Shown here: piece by piece, positions 50,299 through 61,850 of the stretch
How the letters are laid out: each line of letters opens with the position of its first letter
Numbering within the stretch: the first letter of the stretch is position 1
From: Takakia lepidozioides
Taxonomy: Eukaryota > Plantae > Bryophyta
Direction: 5' to 3'
NCBI GenBank assembly: GCA_030704615.1
Contig: CM060732.1
Coordinates: 49,290,001-49,354,000 of the forward strand
DNA length: 64,000 bases
Position numbers and translations under genes: made by a program
The notes under the pieces: model-generated
What the model saw: the letters and a program-made list of their open reading frames with translations, nothing else
Told to the model about the DNA's origin: nothing
Databases searched by the model: none

Positions 50299-53200
50299 CT
50301 ATCCAATGCAATGCGGACATAACCAATCCCCATCAGGAACCATCTCAAGAGGTGGAGTCAAACATCCCATATGCCAACCTCTAGAGCATCGATCACACAC
50401 CAGCATGGTGGCTGCCCCTCTAGCAGACCCATACAATATGCACCTCAAACTTGCAGGTACCACTGCCAGGTTTGGGTCAACCCTTCCATCCACATTTGGA
50501 AGGTGACATGGCACGCAATTACGCACATGGTCCTTCCAAATCATGCCATCCCGACCCTCCAAGATCAGGACTCCTGAAGACAACACCTCTCGAATCCTCA
50601 AAATAGTAGGTCCTGCAGTCACATCCAAGGTCGTAGGAGCAGTCTGCTGCAGATAAACATAGTCACCAGGGTTAAATCTCCGAACCCCAGGACGATAGCC
50701 CTCACCACGTATAGTAGCATACCTCAACATATCACGATGTTGTGCAATGGCAAGGTTCTCGAAAGCCATGGGCATGACTTTCTTGAACAACTCTGCACGC
50801 TGATCACATGCACGTGCCCACATGTCTGGATCATCAAGGTTGAGAACTGTAGCAGCTTCTCTACGAATGGATGCAGGCAAATCCGGCTCTCGGCCAAAGA
50901 GAAGAAAGTATGGTGAGAAGGAGGCAAGTGATGCTTGCTTGCTGAACCTGTAGCCCATGGCTAACCAAGGTAATTGAAGGTCCCAATCTCCTAGGTGTCC
51001 CTTCTGCAAGCCATACTTGCGCAAACCCCTCTTCACTGTCTGAACAACCCTCTTTGCCAAGCCATCAGCCTCAGGATGATCCCGAGAAGTGGTGCGGTGG
51101 TCTACCAAGGCCTTGTCACACAACACCTGAAACTCCCCCAAGAACTCTCTCCCTTGGTCCGTGAGTACCTCAGCTGGAGCACCGAATCGGCTAAGTACAC
51201 GCAGCTCCCTCACTAGCCTTATCAGGCAATGGAACCAACTCGATCCACTTGGAAAAGTGCTCCACCATCACCAACACGTACTTGTTGTGGCGCATGGTCA
51301 ATGACAACGGCCCTGCAAAGTCAAGGCTCCACCTGTAGCCCAATCCCATGATCGGAAGAGGATGCAATTGTGAAGTAGGGGCGTTGAATGAAGCACGCAC
51401 CCTGTCACACACCATGCACCTAGCCACAAATTGTTGCACCTCTGTGTGCATACCACGCCACCAATATTGCCCCTGCAGTAGACTATGAGTGCGTCGCACC
51501 CCAAAATGCCCCAACTCCTCATGGGCATGCCGCACTAACCGTGCCCGCTGTGTTGGGTGAGGCACAATCCTCACTCGACCATCCTCCCACACTCGGAGCA
51601 GGTGTGTCCCCTCCCACTTGAACCTCTTGGCTCGTTGTAGGATCTGATCCCTCTCCTTGGCAGTCATAGTGGCTGCCGTGTCTCCAGTGCGGAGGTAGTC
51701 CAACACAGTTGAATCCTCATGTATATCTTTGGCGCCACCTTGCTCATTGCTGGCCTCAGGGTCCTCAGATACTTGATCTACAGTCATCCCTATTGCAGGT
51801 CCAACCTGGCCTTCCGCTGCCAAGATACACAGAAATTGCAGATGCATGCCATCCGGGCACCATCTCCTCATCCGTCTCACCATGCCACCGAGCTCCAGTG
51901 TCATCCTGCTGGCTCGTGCATGGATTGCGACTCAACCCATCTGCATTACGATTGATCAAACTTGGTCGATGCACAACCTGAAAATCATACTCTTGAATGA
52001 TGAGTGCCCACCGTGCAAGCTTCCCCGTAAGCTTGTCTGACTCCATCAACCACTTGAGTGGTTGGTGATCCGTGACAAGGGTGAAGAGATTGCCGTATAG
52101 ATAGCACCTGAAGTGTGCCAAGACCCACACTGCAGCTAAGCATCCTCCCTCATATGAGCTATTCTTAGTCTCTGCAGCGTTGTTCGAGCGGCTAACATAA
52201 GTCACTATGAACTCTCTTCCCTCATCATCCACCTGTGTGAGCACCGCTCCAAGCCCCAGCATGCTCCAATCTGTATGCAGCTGAAAAGGACGCCCCCTGA
52301 TAGGTCGTCTCAAGATGGGCGTCGAGGTCAACCTCGCCTTGAGCTCTTGGAAAGCTCGTTCTTGCTCATCTTCCCACTGTCACTCCTGGTCCACCTTGGT
52401 CAGTTTGGTTAGAGCCTTTGCAATGGCACTAAATCCCTTGACAAATCGTCTATAATAGTTTGCCAACCCCATGAAAGCTCGAACTCGGCTCACATCCGTG
52501 GGGCGTGGAATCTGCGCAATGGCCTCTACCTTAGTCTGTTGTACCCCCAATCCTCAAGGATATATCATATGACCCAGATACTCAATCTGGTTGTGGAAAA
52601 ACTTGCACTTCCCCGGATGTAACTTCAATCCGTGCGCCCTCAAGCGCTCAAATACCACCTGGAGGTGTCTCTCATGCTCCTCCACCGTAGCACTAAAGAT
52701 GATGATGTCATCTATGTAGCACCGAGCAAACTCCACCCCTGCTAGAATCCTGTCCATGACTCTCTGAAACTCTGCCGGAGCGTTCTTAAGCCCAAATGGT
52801 AAGAACCGCCACTGGTATAGGCAATCCTTCCCGTGCTCATTGATCCCCCAGAATGTCGTCTTCTGGATCGTAAATCCAAAGTGCTAAAGACCTTGGCATG
52901 CCCAATGGCATCAAAGATCTCCTCTGGTGTCGGCATGGCATACCTATCGGACTTGGTCTGACGATTTACAGGCCGGTAATCACCGCACATACGTCTCTCC
53001 GTCCAATTGCCATAGACATCATTCTTGGCTCGCATCACTGTGGCTGAAGCATACTCTCCCCCAGATAGCTCCACCAAACCAGCCTCCCAAAGGTCCTGAG
53101 TTCTCATCTGAATCAAGGACCTCTCCATGTCACTGTATCTATAGGGTCTCCGAAAGATTGGCGTGTCAGTAGCCAATTCAATGCGAATTTCTTGACCCTT

Positions 53201-56200
53201 CAGTGCTCCTAAGTTCTTCAAACTGAAGGCAAAGCAGTTCCTGTAAGCCCTCAAGAACCGCCGTATACGTCGTCTCTCTCCTCCGGTGACTATGGGTCCA
53301 ACATCAGGCTCCCAATTGTCCTCCGTGACTGCAACCTTGAGTCCAACATGCTTAGAGGTAGAAGACGCGTCCTGTGGTTGCTATGCTGCAACCTCTTGAG
53401 CAGTGACCACTGCCTGCTCTGTCAGTGACAATGTCTCATCCTGCCCTATCATCCCATCTTTGAGGACCTCCTCAACCCGAGAAAAATCCCCAACCTCATC
53501 CATCACCGCCACCTTGGCTGCCAAAACCTTTTGAACCTCGAGCACCTCCCACGTGTGCCATGGATGCGGCCTGCACCTTGTGGTCCTCACATGTTTGCCC
53601 CCACTCACTGCCTATATCGTCTCGGTAGTTAGGGAGACCATCAAGGAAAGTGTACTCCGTACTCTGCACTACTCAGCCATAGCCAAGCTGATAATCCAGG
53701 TCAAGCAATTGAGATCCATTGCTTGCCCACCTGACGACGTGATGCCTCAGAAAGAGATGGCACCGCCGTGGTACCAGTGAGAAACCCCATCGCCCGCTCA
53801 CACTCGTCAGCATTGGGCTCCACTAACTGCTGCAATTGGCTATCCCACAAGAGGCCAGGTCCACCATCCCGGAAAGCATGAGATCCTGGAAAGCTGAGTA
53901 GTGTAGGCAATGCCGCTCGTGGGTGACCCACCTTATTGACCATTGCCAAAGGTGATCGGTCATTGTGTCTCACACGATGAGACTGCCTCCCTATGTCCAA
54001 AATGCTATCCACCGTCAGGTTGGGTGGCCGCTGCACCCCATCAAATGCACGCTTGAGCAATGCATGTGGCATCAAGTTGGTCCACCATAGTCGTGGGCGA
54101 TGAGCCCGTGACCCCACTGCAGCTGCATCCAGCAACACTGCTGACCCAAGCCAAGACCGCACCTGATGTACACTGGCTATTACCTTGGCCCGAGAATCAC
54201 CCATCAATGGTACATTCTCCAAGATATATGCCGGAGAGTCTGTCTGCTGAAGCTATAAATAGCGCAGGACCCTCAACATCTCCCAAAACAGGCGTGACCT
54301 TGAGTCTTGTAACCCATTGCCATACCTAGCTGATGAAAGCCCTTGGCAGGGCCAACCTGCAACTACTAAGTGAATAGGGCCAACCCGCTCTAAATCATGC
54401 GCCCCCAGCAAGGAGATGTCTGCTGGCAAGGCTTGTTGGTATCCACGAACTGTAAACATTGGCAACAAATCAGGGTACTGTTGCACCAACTGAGCAACAT
54501 GACGTAGTGAGACGCGTCGTGCAGTCTCATCCCTCTCTACATATAGGTAACGTCGAACTCGTACACCTGCCTGCAGCACTGCAGCCAATCCAGTGCTAAT
54601 CCCGCCAAACAAGTCCAGAAGGCATATGCCTTCATCCGGGCACTGCCACACAAGAGGTGTGGTGTCCAATGGCGACAACTGAGGTGGTCCTAGTGTAATC
54701 ACCGCACTCTCCTCCTCTCCTGACGGTACGAAAGCCTCTACCCAGGCTTGTTGCACCTGTCTATCAGCAGCCTGTTGCAAATCTTGCTCGTACCCCACAA
54801 TGGAGTGTGAGCAACCATGGCAGGCAACTCCGCCGTACCATGCATGTCATCCTGCTCTGTTGGAGGTGGCACATCCTCTGCATGGGCATTGCCCTCCAGC
54901 AACTCTCCAGGCCAACTAACTGCAACTGTGAAGGTTGCTAGTGTTGGCATCTTGCCCCGTTGGGCAGCAGCAACATCCCCAATGAACGTCACATGGAGCT
55001 GTACACGACGACCATCCCTTGACTGCCATCCAGGCCTGTAGGATGCTGACTCCTCCCAAAAATCTAGGGTGAAGCCCATGGGATACAACACTGCCCTACC
55101 AACGATGACATCGTAAGAGACCGCGTCTGTCACAATGACCTTGGCTCGCATCACTGAGCCATCTATAGGATGATCCGGCTGTAGTCTAATGGCCAACTCA
55201 CGCCGTGTCATGCCCCGAGCCTGCTCTAATCCTCCCAGAGATGTCTGTATCTGGAAGGGACAAGGCTCCATATCCGCCTCCATGAGGCCCAAACCTGCAA
55301 TAACGGCTTTGCCCAACATCAGTGGCTGAGCTCCCGAGTCCAACAAGACCCACAGTGGCCAGTACCTCTTGCCTGCCGGTCCACTCAAAGAGAAAATGCC
55401 ATCCTGGTTGTCTAACAAGACAACTCTATGTGTCACCATGGCGTGCTCAAAGGCTGGCCTAGCTGGCAGCTCCATCAACCTGGCAGCTGCAGCTTGCCAT
55501 GGCGCAGCCCGTGGCAGTCTTGACCCTCAAATCCGAGGATCCCTCTGCCACTACACCTTCCACTAACTCCGCAGAAGATGAAGTGACCTCCCCACTCTCA
55601 TAGAGTGTTGCTGCTAGTCTGAACACTGCAGCTGGTCTTACCCCCGGCGTCGCAATCATGGTTGCCGAGAACAGTGGGGCCTGACACACAGAGGTGGCCG
55701 CCCCCAACAACACACTGGCTGCACTAGCCTTGGAAGCAGGTGTCAGTGCTGCACGTGTAGCTCTCCCCAATGGCACAATAACATCCGCCTCGGTATCCAT
55801 CGGGCGAGAACTAGGTGCCATGGATGGCGTCGACACTGTATCTGCCAAGATGAATGATTGAGGCAACTTAGCCTGACGGCTTGCCTCCCCACGCTGTGGA
55901 TCCAACTCCACCTCTGCACCTCGTGGCTCAGGAACTCGTGCTGCTCCTCGAGTGACGGTTGTAGCAGACTCCACTTGCACTAGTGGTAGTGCTGCCCCAC
56001 ACATAAATCCCATGCCTCCCATGTCTCCTCTATCAGGATGACGCTGCTGAGGAGGAACAGGAGGTGGACCCTCAGGTCTTGGAGCTGGTACCACCTGAGC
56101 TGTGGCCATGGCAGCAAGCCTTTGCTCTAGTTGCTGAAGCCGGTTGGCCATACCTTAGTCAACGCCCTGACCTCCACGTCCTTGGCCATACTGTGCTTGC

Positions 56201-57600
56201 CCTCGTCCTGCACCTCGTGCCTGACCACCTCGTCCTCTCTGAGGTGCTCCACCTTGCCATCGGCCACCATTGTTCCCTTGGAACTGGCCTCGCCGCAACT
56301 CAGTGTGCAAGTCATAACACTGGGCATCTCTATGCCTATACTTGCCACAATGTCCACACTGCAACTGTGTAGGCTGTGCTTGTGCCAGCCCTTTGCCACT
56401 CTCTGGGCAATCTTTCTTGACATGGGGTCCTCCACATGTCCAACATACCACCCCTGGTTGCTGTTGGCCTGCAAAAGAAGCTACTGGCCTCTGCACCTGA
56501 GGTCCCCTGTAAGCTCCATGGAATTTGGGTTGGGAAACCTTGCCCCCCTGACCACGCTGTTGGGCAGTCCCTTGTGCCTGTGGGCTGGCAGCTGCGCCTC
56601 ATGCAGGCACGTCCTTGCCAAATCCAATGGTAACAACTCGCTCCTCCACCATGTTGAGCTCAATCCGCTCAGCCAGCAGAAACACATCTGTTAATGTGGG
56701 TTGGGCTGCTTGTAACAGGGTTGCATCCCGCACCCTTCTCCTGAGCTCCTTGTCCAAAATTCCATACCAGAACTGGATTGCCTGAGCTTTAGTAACCCCT
56801 TGGGTCACACTTATCAAGCGCCTCATACGAGTGTAGGCCTCTCGCAAACTCTCACTGGATTTGCGTTGGAAGTCTTGCAAACTTCGCAGCTTCTCTGTCC
56901 GTACACCTTGGTAGTTCCTCTGCAACTCCTGGAAGAACTCCACCACCGGGTTGAATCTAGGCACATGTGTTGTAGTCGTGGCAGGAGAAGTAGTAGCACC
57001 TTTTGAACTGGTATCACCTGCAGAAGTACCGGCACTACTTGTTCCACTACTAGTGCTGGCAGTGGGAGATATTGGTGCTGATGCAGCTACTGGTCGCGTC
57101 GTGCCTCGAGTAATAGAAACGTAGTCAGGTGACCAATACATCCTCCACTCCTCAATCTCTGCTTTATGTCCTTGCCTGAACTCATGGTAATCGTCCATAG
57201 GCGGGCCTTCCAAATGCTGGAACAGTCCCTTCCACGCCATGAATGAGATGAATAGCTGTGGATTGCGCATCTGCTGCAAATCACACCAGCTGTCGAACTC
57301 CTGGATAAAGTCATCCAACTCGATTGTGCCCACAGCTCCAGAGTACCTACGAGGCCCCTTGGTAGCTCCATACATCTCCTCCATGTCGTCCCACAACAAT
57401 GGCGAATGAAACTGCACACCTGTTGATGAAGCCTCCGAGTCTGTGTCTGACTCTGCACTAGTTGATGGTGGAGGTGAAGGTGGTGTGAAACGAACACCTC
57501 GTCTGGTGAACCCACTCTCACTGCTACTGCCTGTAGCGGTACTCCCCTCAGAACCCCTGGGTAACTCCGTGATGACACTCACAATGTGCACCTCCCCCAT
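50299..57600 (-). pseudogene. Full-length gag-pol of copy 2: Gag-2x CCHC knuckle-protease-C5 DNMT-RT-RNase H-integrase-PHD
   Basis: ATG 57600; capsid-like FQRKSSESLREAYTRM; CWTCGGPHVKKDC and CGHCGKYRHRDAQC; LLDSGA; GWPCQG; YIDD; integrase core; PHD VCDRCSRGWHMGCLTPPL..VPDGDWLCPHC. Point stops and small deletions in RT and integrase. Confidence 0.92.
53705..54630 (-). other. C5 cytosine DNA methyltransferase domain embedded in pol (copy 2)
   Basis: LLDLFGGISTG, YVERDE, VAGWPCQG, LENV, AHRPRLWWTN, ECERAMGF. Confidence 0.9.
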
Positions 57601-58113
57601 GTGACACTATAAGGCTATAGTACTAATTCTAATAGTGACACGGGTGGGCACCTGTTGCAGTTTAAGGGTCATATCCCAGTGGCTCAGGGCACCTGCACTG
57701 CATCCACCGCAGGAACTCCTATGGTTGGTTGGTCATCAACCCAGTCTCACCATAGAAGAAACACTGGTGGTCTTGCTGGTCATCACTCCAGCCTCACCAC
57801 CGACAACATACTCTAGGATTGACCGGTGATCAAATCTGGCCTAATCCCTATGAAAGCAAGCGCCCACACAAAACCAACATGGCGCACAGTCAAGCATGCA
57901 GGTGTTGGGGGGGATCCAAACACAAGAAATCAAAACATCAACACCCCCACACCAAAATCCATCTGCAGTGCTGATCCTGCAGAATATCCCAGCCCAAAAC
58001 CCCGGACTGACTGGCCTCCACCAAGAGAGGCAACTACAAGTACAAAGTAATGAAAATAGTAAAGAGATGGAGGGGAAGAATAGAGGTCCGACCAAGCAAG
58101 ATGTAATCCTGAT

Positions 58114-58852
58114 CTATGCTATCAACTGCCAGACTTCTCTCAAAGTGCCTCTCTCTGCATGATGGTAAGGTGTAGGAGGTATATCTATGTCTAGAAACCT
58201 GCCACTGACCTTATCCCAAGCTACAGTAGCTTGCTCTAACCAACCCTCCTCCTCTCTCTGCCAGGTAGAGACAAAGCAATACTCCCATATCTCCCGCTCA
58301 CTGAACACTAAAGAAAATAAAGGTAGGGTCTGACAATCTCTCAACTCGAAAGCTTTGAGACGGTTGCGGGTGTCATCATTGCTCTCCTTCAAGCAGAACA
58401 AACTTTTCATTGCTAATGAACCCCCGCTTGTGGTTGCCTTGTGCAGAGCGTGTCCGGCTGCAACCATGTCTGATTGCAAAAACTTGTGTAGCTCCCGCTC
58501 CTTTGCTCCAATACACCACGGCCTTGTGGCTGAACACCTTGGTCCCCGGGGCTGTTTTTGGCTGTGTTCCAAGCCTAGCTTCCACCCACTTTGGTATTTC
58601 ACCTACAGCTGCAGAACTGCTTGCTCCAACAGAGTTCTGACTGTCCAAAGCAATATTGAGGCCCTCAACGCCAACTACAGCAGTGTGTTGTCTATTGCTA
58701 ATGCCTGACTCCCAGTATGCAATCAACTCGTCCAACTGCTCTCCACTCAAATCAGTTTGAGCCCCTTGGGAAACATAAATCTTATCCCCTTGTGTGCACA
58801 GGCTAAGATAAGAGACCTGCCTTTCAATTACGTCCTCATTTCCCCCAGCCAT
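58114..58852 (-). pseudogene. ORF0 upstream of gag in copy 2 (one frameshifting deletion near 58380)
   Basis: MAGGNEDV...FVLLEG joined to NDDTRNRL...EVWQLIA*. Copy 1 is open across this break. Confidence 0.62.
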
Positions 58853-59473
58853 ACAAGGAGGACATCCACAGATTTGTCTCTCATATAGACCACAACAAGT
58901 TCTAGAAACAGAATTGTGGATCTTTCATGGCACACTCACACTCAAAAAATTCCATAGATTTTTAGCAGAGTCCAAAAAACTAAAACTAGATATGTAGATT
59001 TCCCTTTTCTGCAGCTATCCCCCCAAAAACTGAGTCAAACGGAGTCCATTTGACAAAGATATGACCAATTAGGCTCTAAATCATTTAAATTAGATCAAAA
59101 AGTTTTTTTTTTTTTAACACCAAAACGTTCTCGCCATTAAAAGCTGTTCCCAGGTTCCATTTGTGGTTACAGGCGCACCACCACAGGCTAAATCTCTTAG
59201 CGAGCTGCTTTGCTCCAGCCAGGATCTGTGCTCTGCTCCAACCACGACTCTCGAGCTCGGGTGTATAACTGTGGTGATGGCGTGTGCAGCGTCAGGCATC
59301 TCGGCAACGCCTGCATTGGCCGTCTCGCGCTCCTCCCTAGCTTCCTCGCCATCCAGTGGGCTCGGAAAGGGCTACCCACCTCCGTCTCTCCGTGTCTCTC
59401 TCCATCCGTCGGCAACATCAGAGATTTGTTGCCGGTGCAGGAAAGAACTTGGGTATGAGGAAAGCAGAGCAAA

Positions 59474-59908
59474 ATGCCGCACTCGAGGCTATTAGCGAGA
59501 GTTGACTCTCCCACTGTAGATGTGCTGGTGGACTTGGGCCATCCTTTTCTGACTACACTTTGGACGGCTTCATCAAGATTGGAGGGGTGGGAGCTGCTCA
59601 TGGAACATTGCTAGAGGCCTTCTCAATGTTGAAGAACAAAAGGGTGACAAAGCGTAATCTTGAGAAAGTGGTCAAGGAATCAGGCAGACAGGCCTTTCAA
59701 TGGGGTATGGTAGCATGAATCTACACAGGCATGGATATGGGATGGAACGTGTTCGGGGCAAACACGATTGGAAAAATGCAGCATTAGGAGGGGCACTGAC
59801 CGGTGCCCTTCTTTCGTTGGGAGATACCACTTTTAATCGCGACAAGATGATTCGCACGGCGGTGGCGCCATAGCCACTGCTTCAGAGTTTATTTGGTACC
59901 TCACCTAG
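59474..59908 (+). pseudogene. OEP16: Intronless (processed) copy of plastid outer envelope pore OEP16 (Tim17/22/23 family) captured in the retroelement
   Basis: MPHSRLLARVDSPTVDVLVDLGHPFL..DGFIKIGGVGAAHG..YGMERVRGKHDWKNAALGGALTGALLS..GGAIATASEFIWYLT*, with several frameshifts and no introns. Confidence 0.82.
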
Positions 59909-59941
59909 GTTGCCATTGTATGGATTAGATTCTCCGGGCAT

Positions 59942-60160
59942 TTACGGAAACCCCTCCGAGAAGCAGATGAGGCTCTCGGCAGATTGCCCGACAGGTTTTG
60001 CTTGTAAATCAATCTTGTTAGCCAGCGATTGTAGGGCCTGCACCTGAAGCTCCAAGAACATCAAATAATCAGCGATCTCCTCTAGCAAAATGGGAGTGTC
60101 CATACAGGTTGTCTTCCGGCCAGTAGACAAAGATTTGAGCTCCTATCTTCAACTTCTTAG
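59942..60160 (-). pseudogene. Fragment of an atypical (IBH1/AIF-like) bHLH gene captured in the retroelement
   Basis: MDTPILLEEIADYLMFLELQVQALQSLA resembles helix 2 of plant atypical bHLHs. Confidence 0.6.
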
Positions 60161-60921
60161 CTTGCATATCTTACTTCGTCAGTCTCTTGCCTGTTGCCCC
60201 ACTGGGGCTTAGTGCCTTTGATACGTTGGCCCTGCATTGCTATGTGCGCATGCTCAGTCCAGGGCCAATCCACGAATTCATTGTCCGGCACGATCGGCAA
60301 ATCTGGACAGTGACCCCGCCTTCGATGCACTGGTTCCCACTTTCCTTTCACTGGGCGAATGAAATTACTCGCTGGTAAGGCTGCATCCAGTCCAACGGCG
60401 TGCCTATCCGTGCTCTAATGGACACAAACAACACTCGAGAGCATGGCTGAGGCAGGAAACTTCGACAAAGCATCAAATAAGGACTCACTTCCGAGACTCC
60501 GGAAAGAGCCTCCTCCTGGAGAGATGCTTCTCTACCTGCAAACAAGTATTTCTCTACCACCCAACTCCAACACACGCTCAAAGCAACAATCGCAACCTCG
60601 GACCACCGAACGAGGCCCTGTCCGTCGGGCTCCGGTATAACACGAGATGTCAAGCTTGTGGAGCCGACTTGAATACCAGATTCTACGACAACCCTCTACG
60701 CCCGTCAGAAACCGAGCTCGGCACCACCCATAATAGGAAAACAAAACCAATAGCCTATTCTTCCTTACGTTTGCACATCATCCTGCTGCTCCACCAACCT
60801 TGTCACAAATATAATCTACAAACCACCATAATTTTCTTTTCTTACTTTCAAAACAAAAACCACAAGTGCTAAAACTAAACTCACCTCTGGCACTCATAGA
60901 TGCAAGTTCATCTCTCTCGAG

Positions 60922-61276
60922 TGATTGAAAGAACTAACCTCACATGTCTGATAACAGAGAAACACAAAACACAACACCATCACTCTTTAAAATAGCAGTC
61001 GAGCCAGGGGCACCCCAAGCTATGGGGACTCCACCCCACAACAACCTATTCTCCTTGCATAAGCACACTCAGATTCTAAACAGTGAAGGAGCTCGGTCGT
61101 GCAGGCTCAACTCGAGAGAGATGAGCCGCACGACTGACGCTCTCGTGAAGATAAGACGGTTCAGGTGTCAAACTAAACTTGACACCTGACTTAACACTTG
61201 AACTAAATCCAAGTGTTAAATACAAATAACTAGATTTATTCTAGTTAGTTTCACACTGTGTTTATTTAACTTGACA
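60922..61276 (-). repeat. 5' LTR portion of copy 2
   Basis: TGTCAAG...CAATCA on the minus strand, followed by CTCGAGAGAGATGAAC; homologous to 25055-25404. Confidence 0.85.
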
Positions 61277-61565
61277 TAATAAACAAAGACTTGAAAGACA
61301 ATTACGATTAAAGACATAGAAAATCCATAAACAAAACGTAGAACTAGGAAACGTAAATTGTCCTGTGAAGTGGAGTTGTTAAGCTTTGCTTTGCCGGTAG
61401 GAAGTTAGACTGTTTAGATCCGTCCATAGCTGCCACGGACCCTTGCACTTACCGCAGCCGGGTAGGCGGTTCATTGAGCCCAACCTACACCGCAACTTGC
61501 CACGACCCCCTAGGCTAGTATGCCGTCACCCTGGCCGCGCGCGACCAGGGCTCGTCAGTGGCCAT

Positions 61566-61850
61566 GTATGCACATGGATGCACAATAGTTTGTGGCTAGG
61601 TGTGATAGGGTGCGTGCTTCTTTCAATGCACCTACTCTATAATTGTATCTTTTATCCATTATGGGTTTCGGTTATCGTTGGAGTATTGACTTCGCAGACC
61701 CACGTTACCACTAACAATTTGCCACAATAAGTATGTGTTGGTCGTGATGGTGGAATAATTCCCCAAGTGGATTGAATTGGTGGCATTGCTTGACAAGGCA
61801 AGTGAGGGGGCTGCATATATATTCTTAGATTTGGTGCTCTATGTAGGTGC
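61566..61850 (+). pseudogene. Old relic of the same Gypsy family integrase, opposite orientation
   Basis: FVARCDRVRASFNAPT..IMGFGYRWSIDFA..HNKYVLV..KWIELVALLDKASEGAAY with stops and frameshifts. Confidence 0.8.

Larger units (their letters stand above)
48073..61276 (-). mobile_element. Ty3/Gypsy retrotransposon copy 2 of the DNMT/PHD family, decayed; left boundary uncertain
   Basis: Colinear with copy 1 from ~50160 to ~59100 and over 60905-61276. The same 21-bp terminus TGTCGTGCGCATACGTATCGC recurs at 48073. No second LTR copy and no matching TSD (GTAT vs TAAT). Confidence 0.8.
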
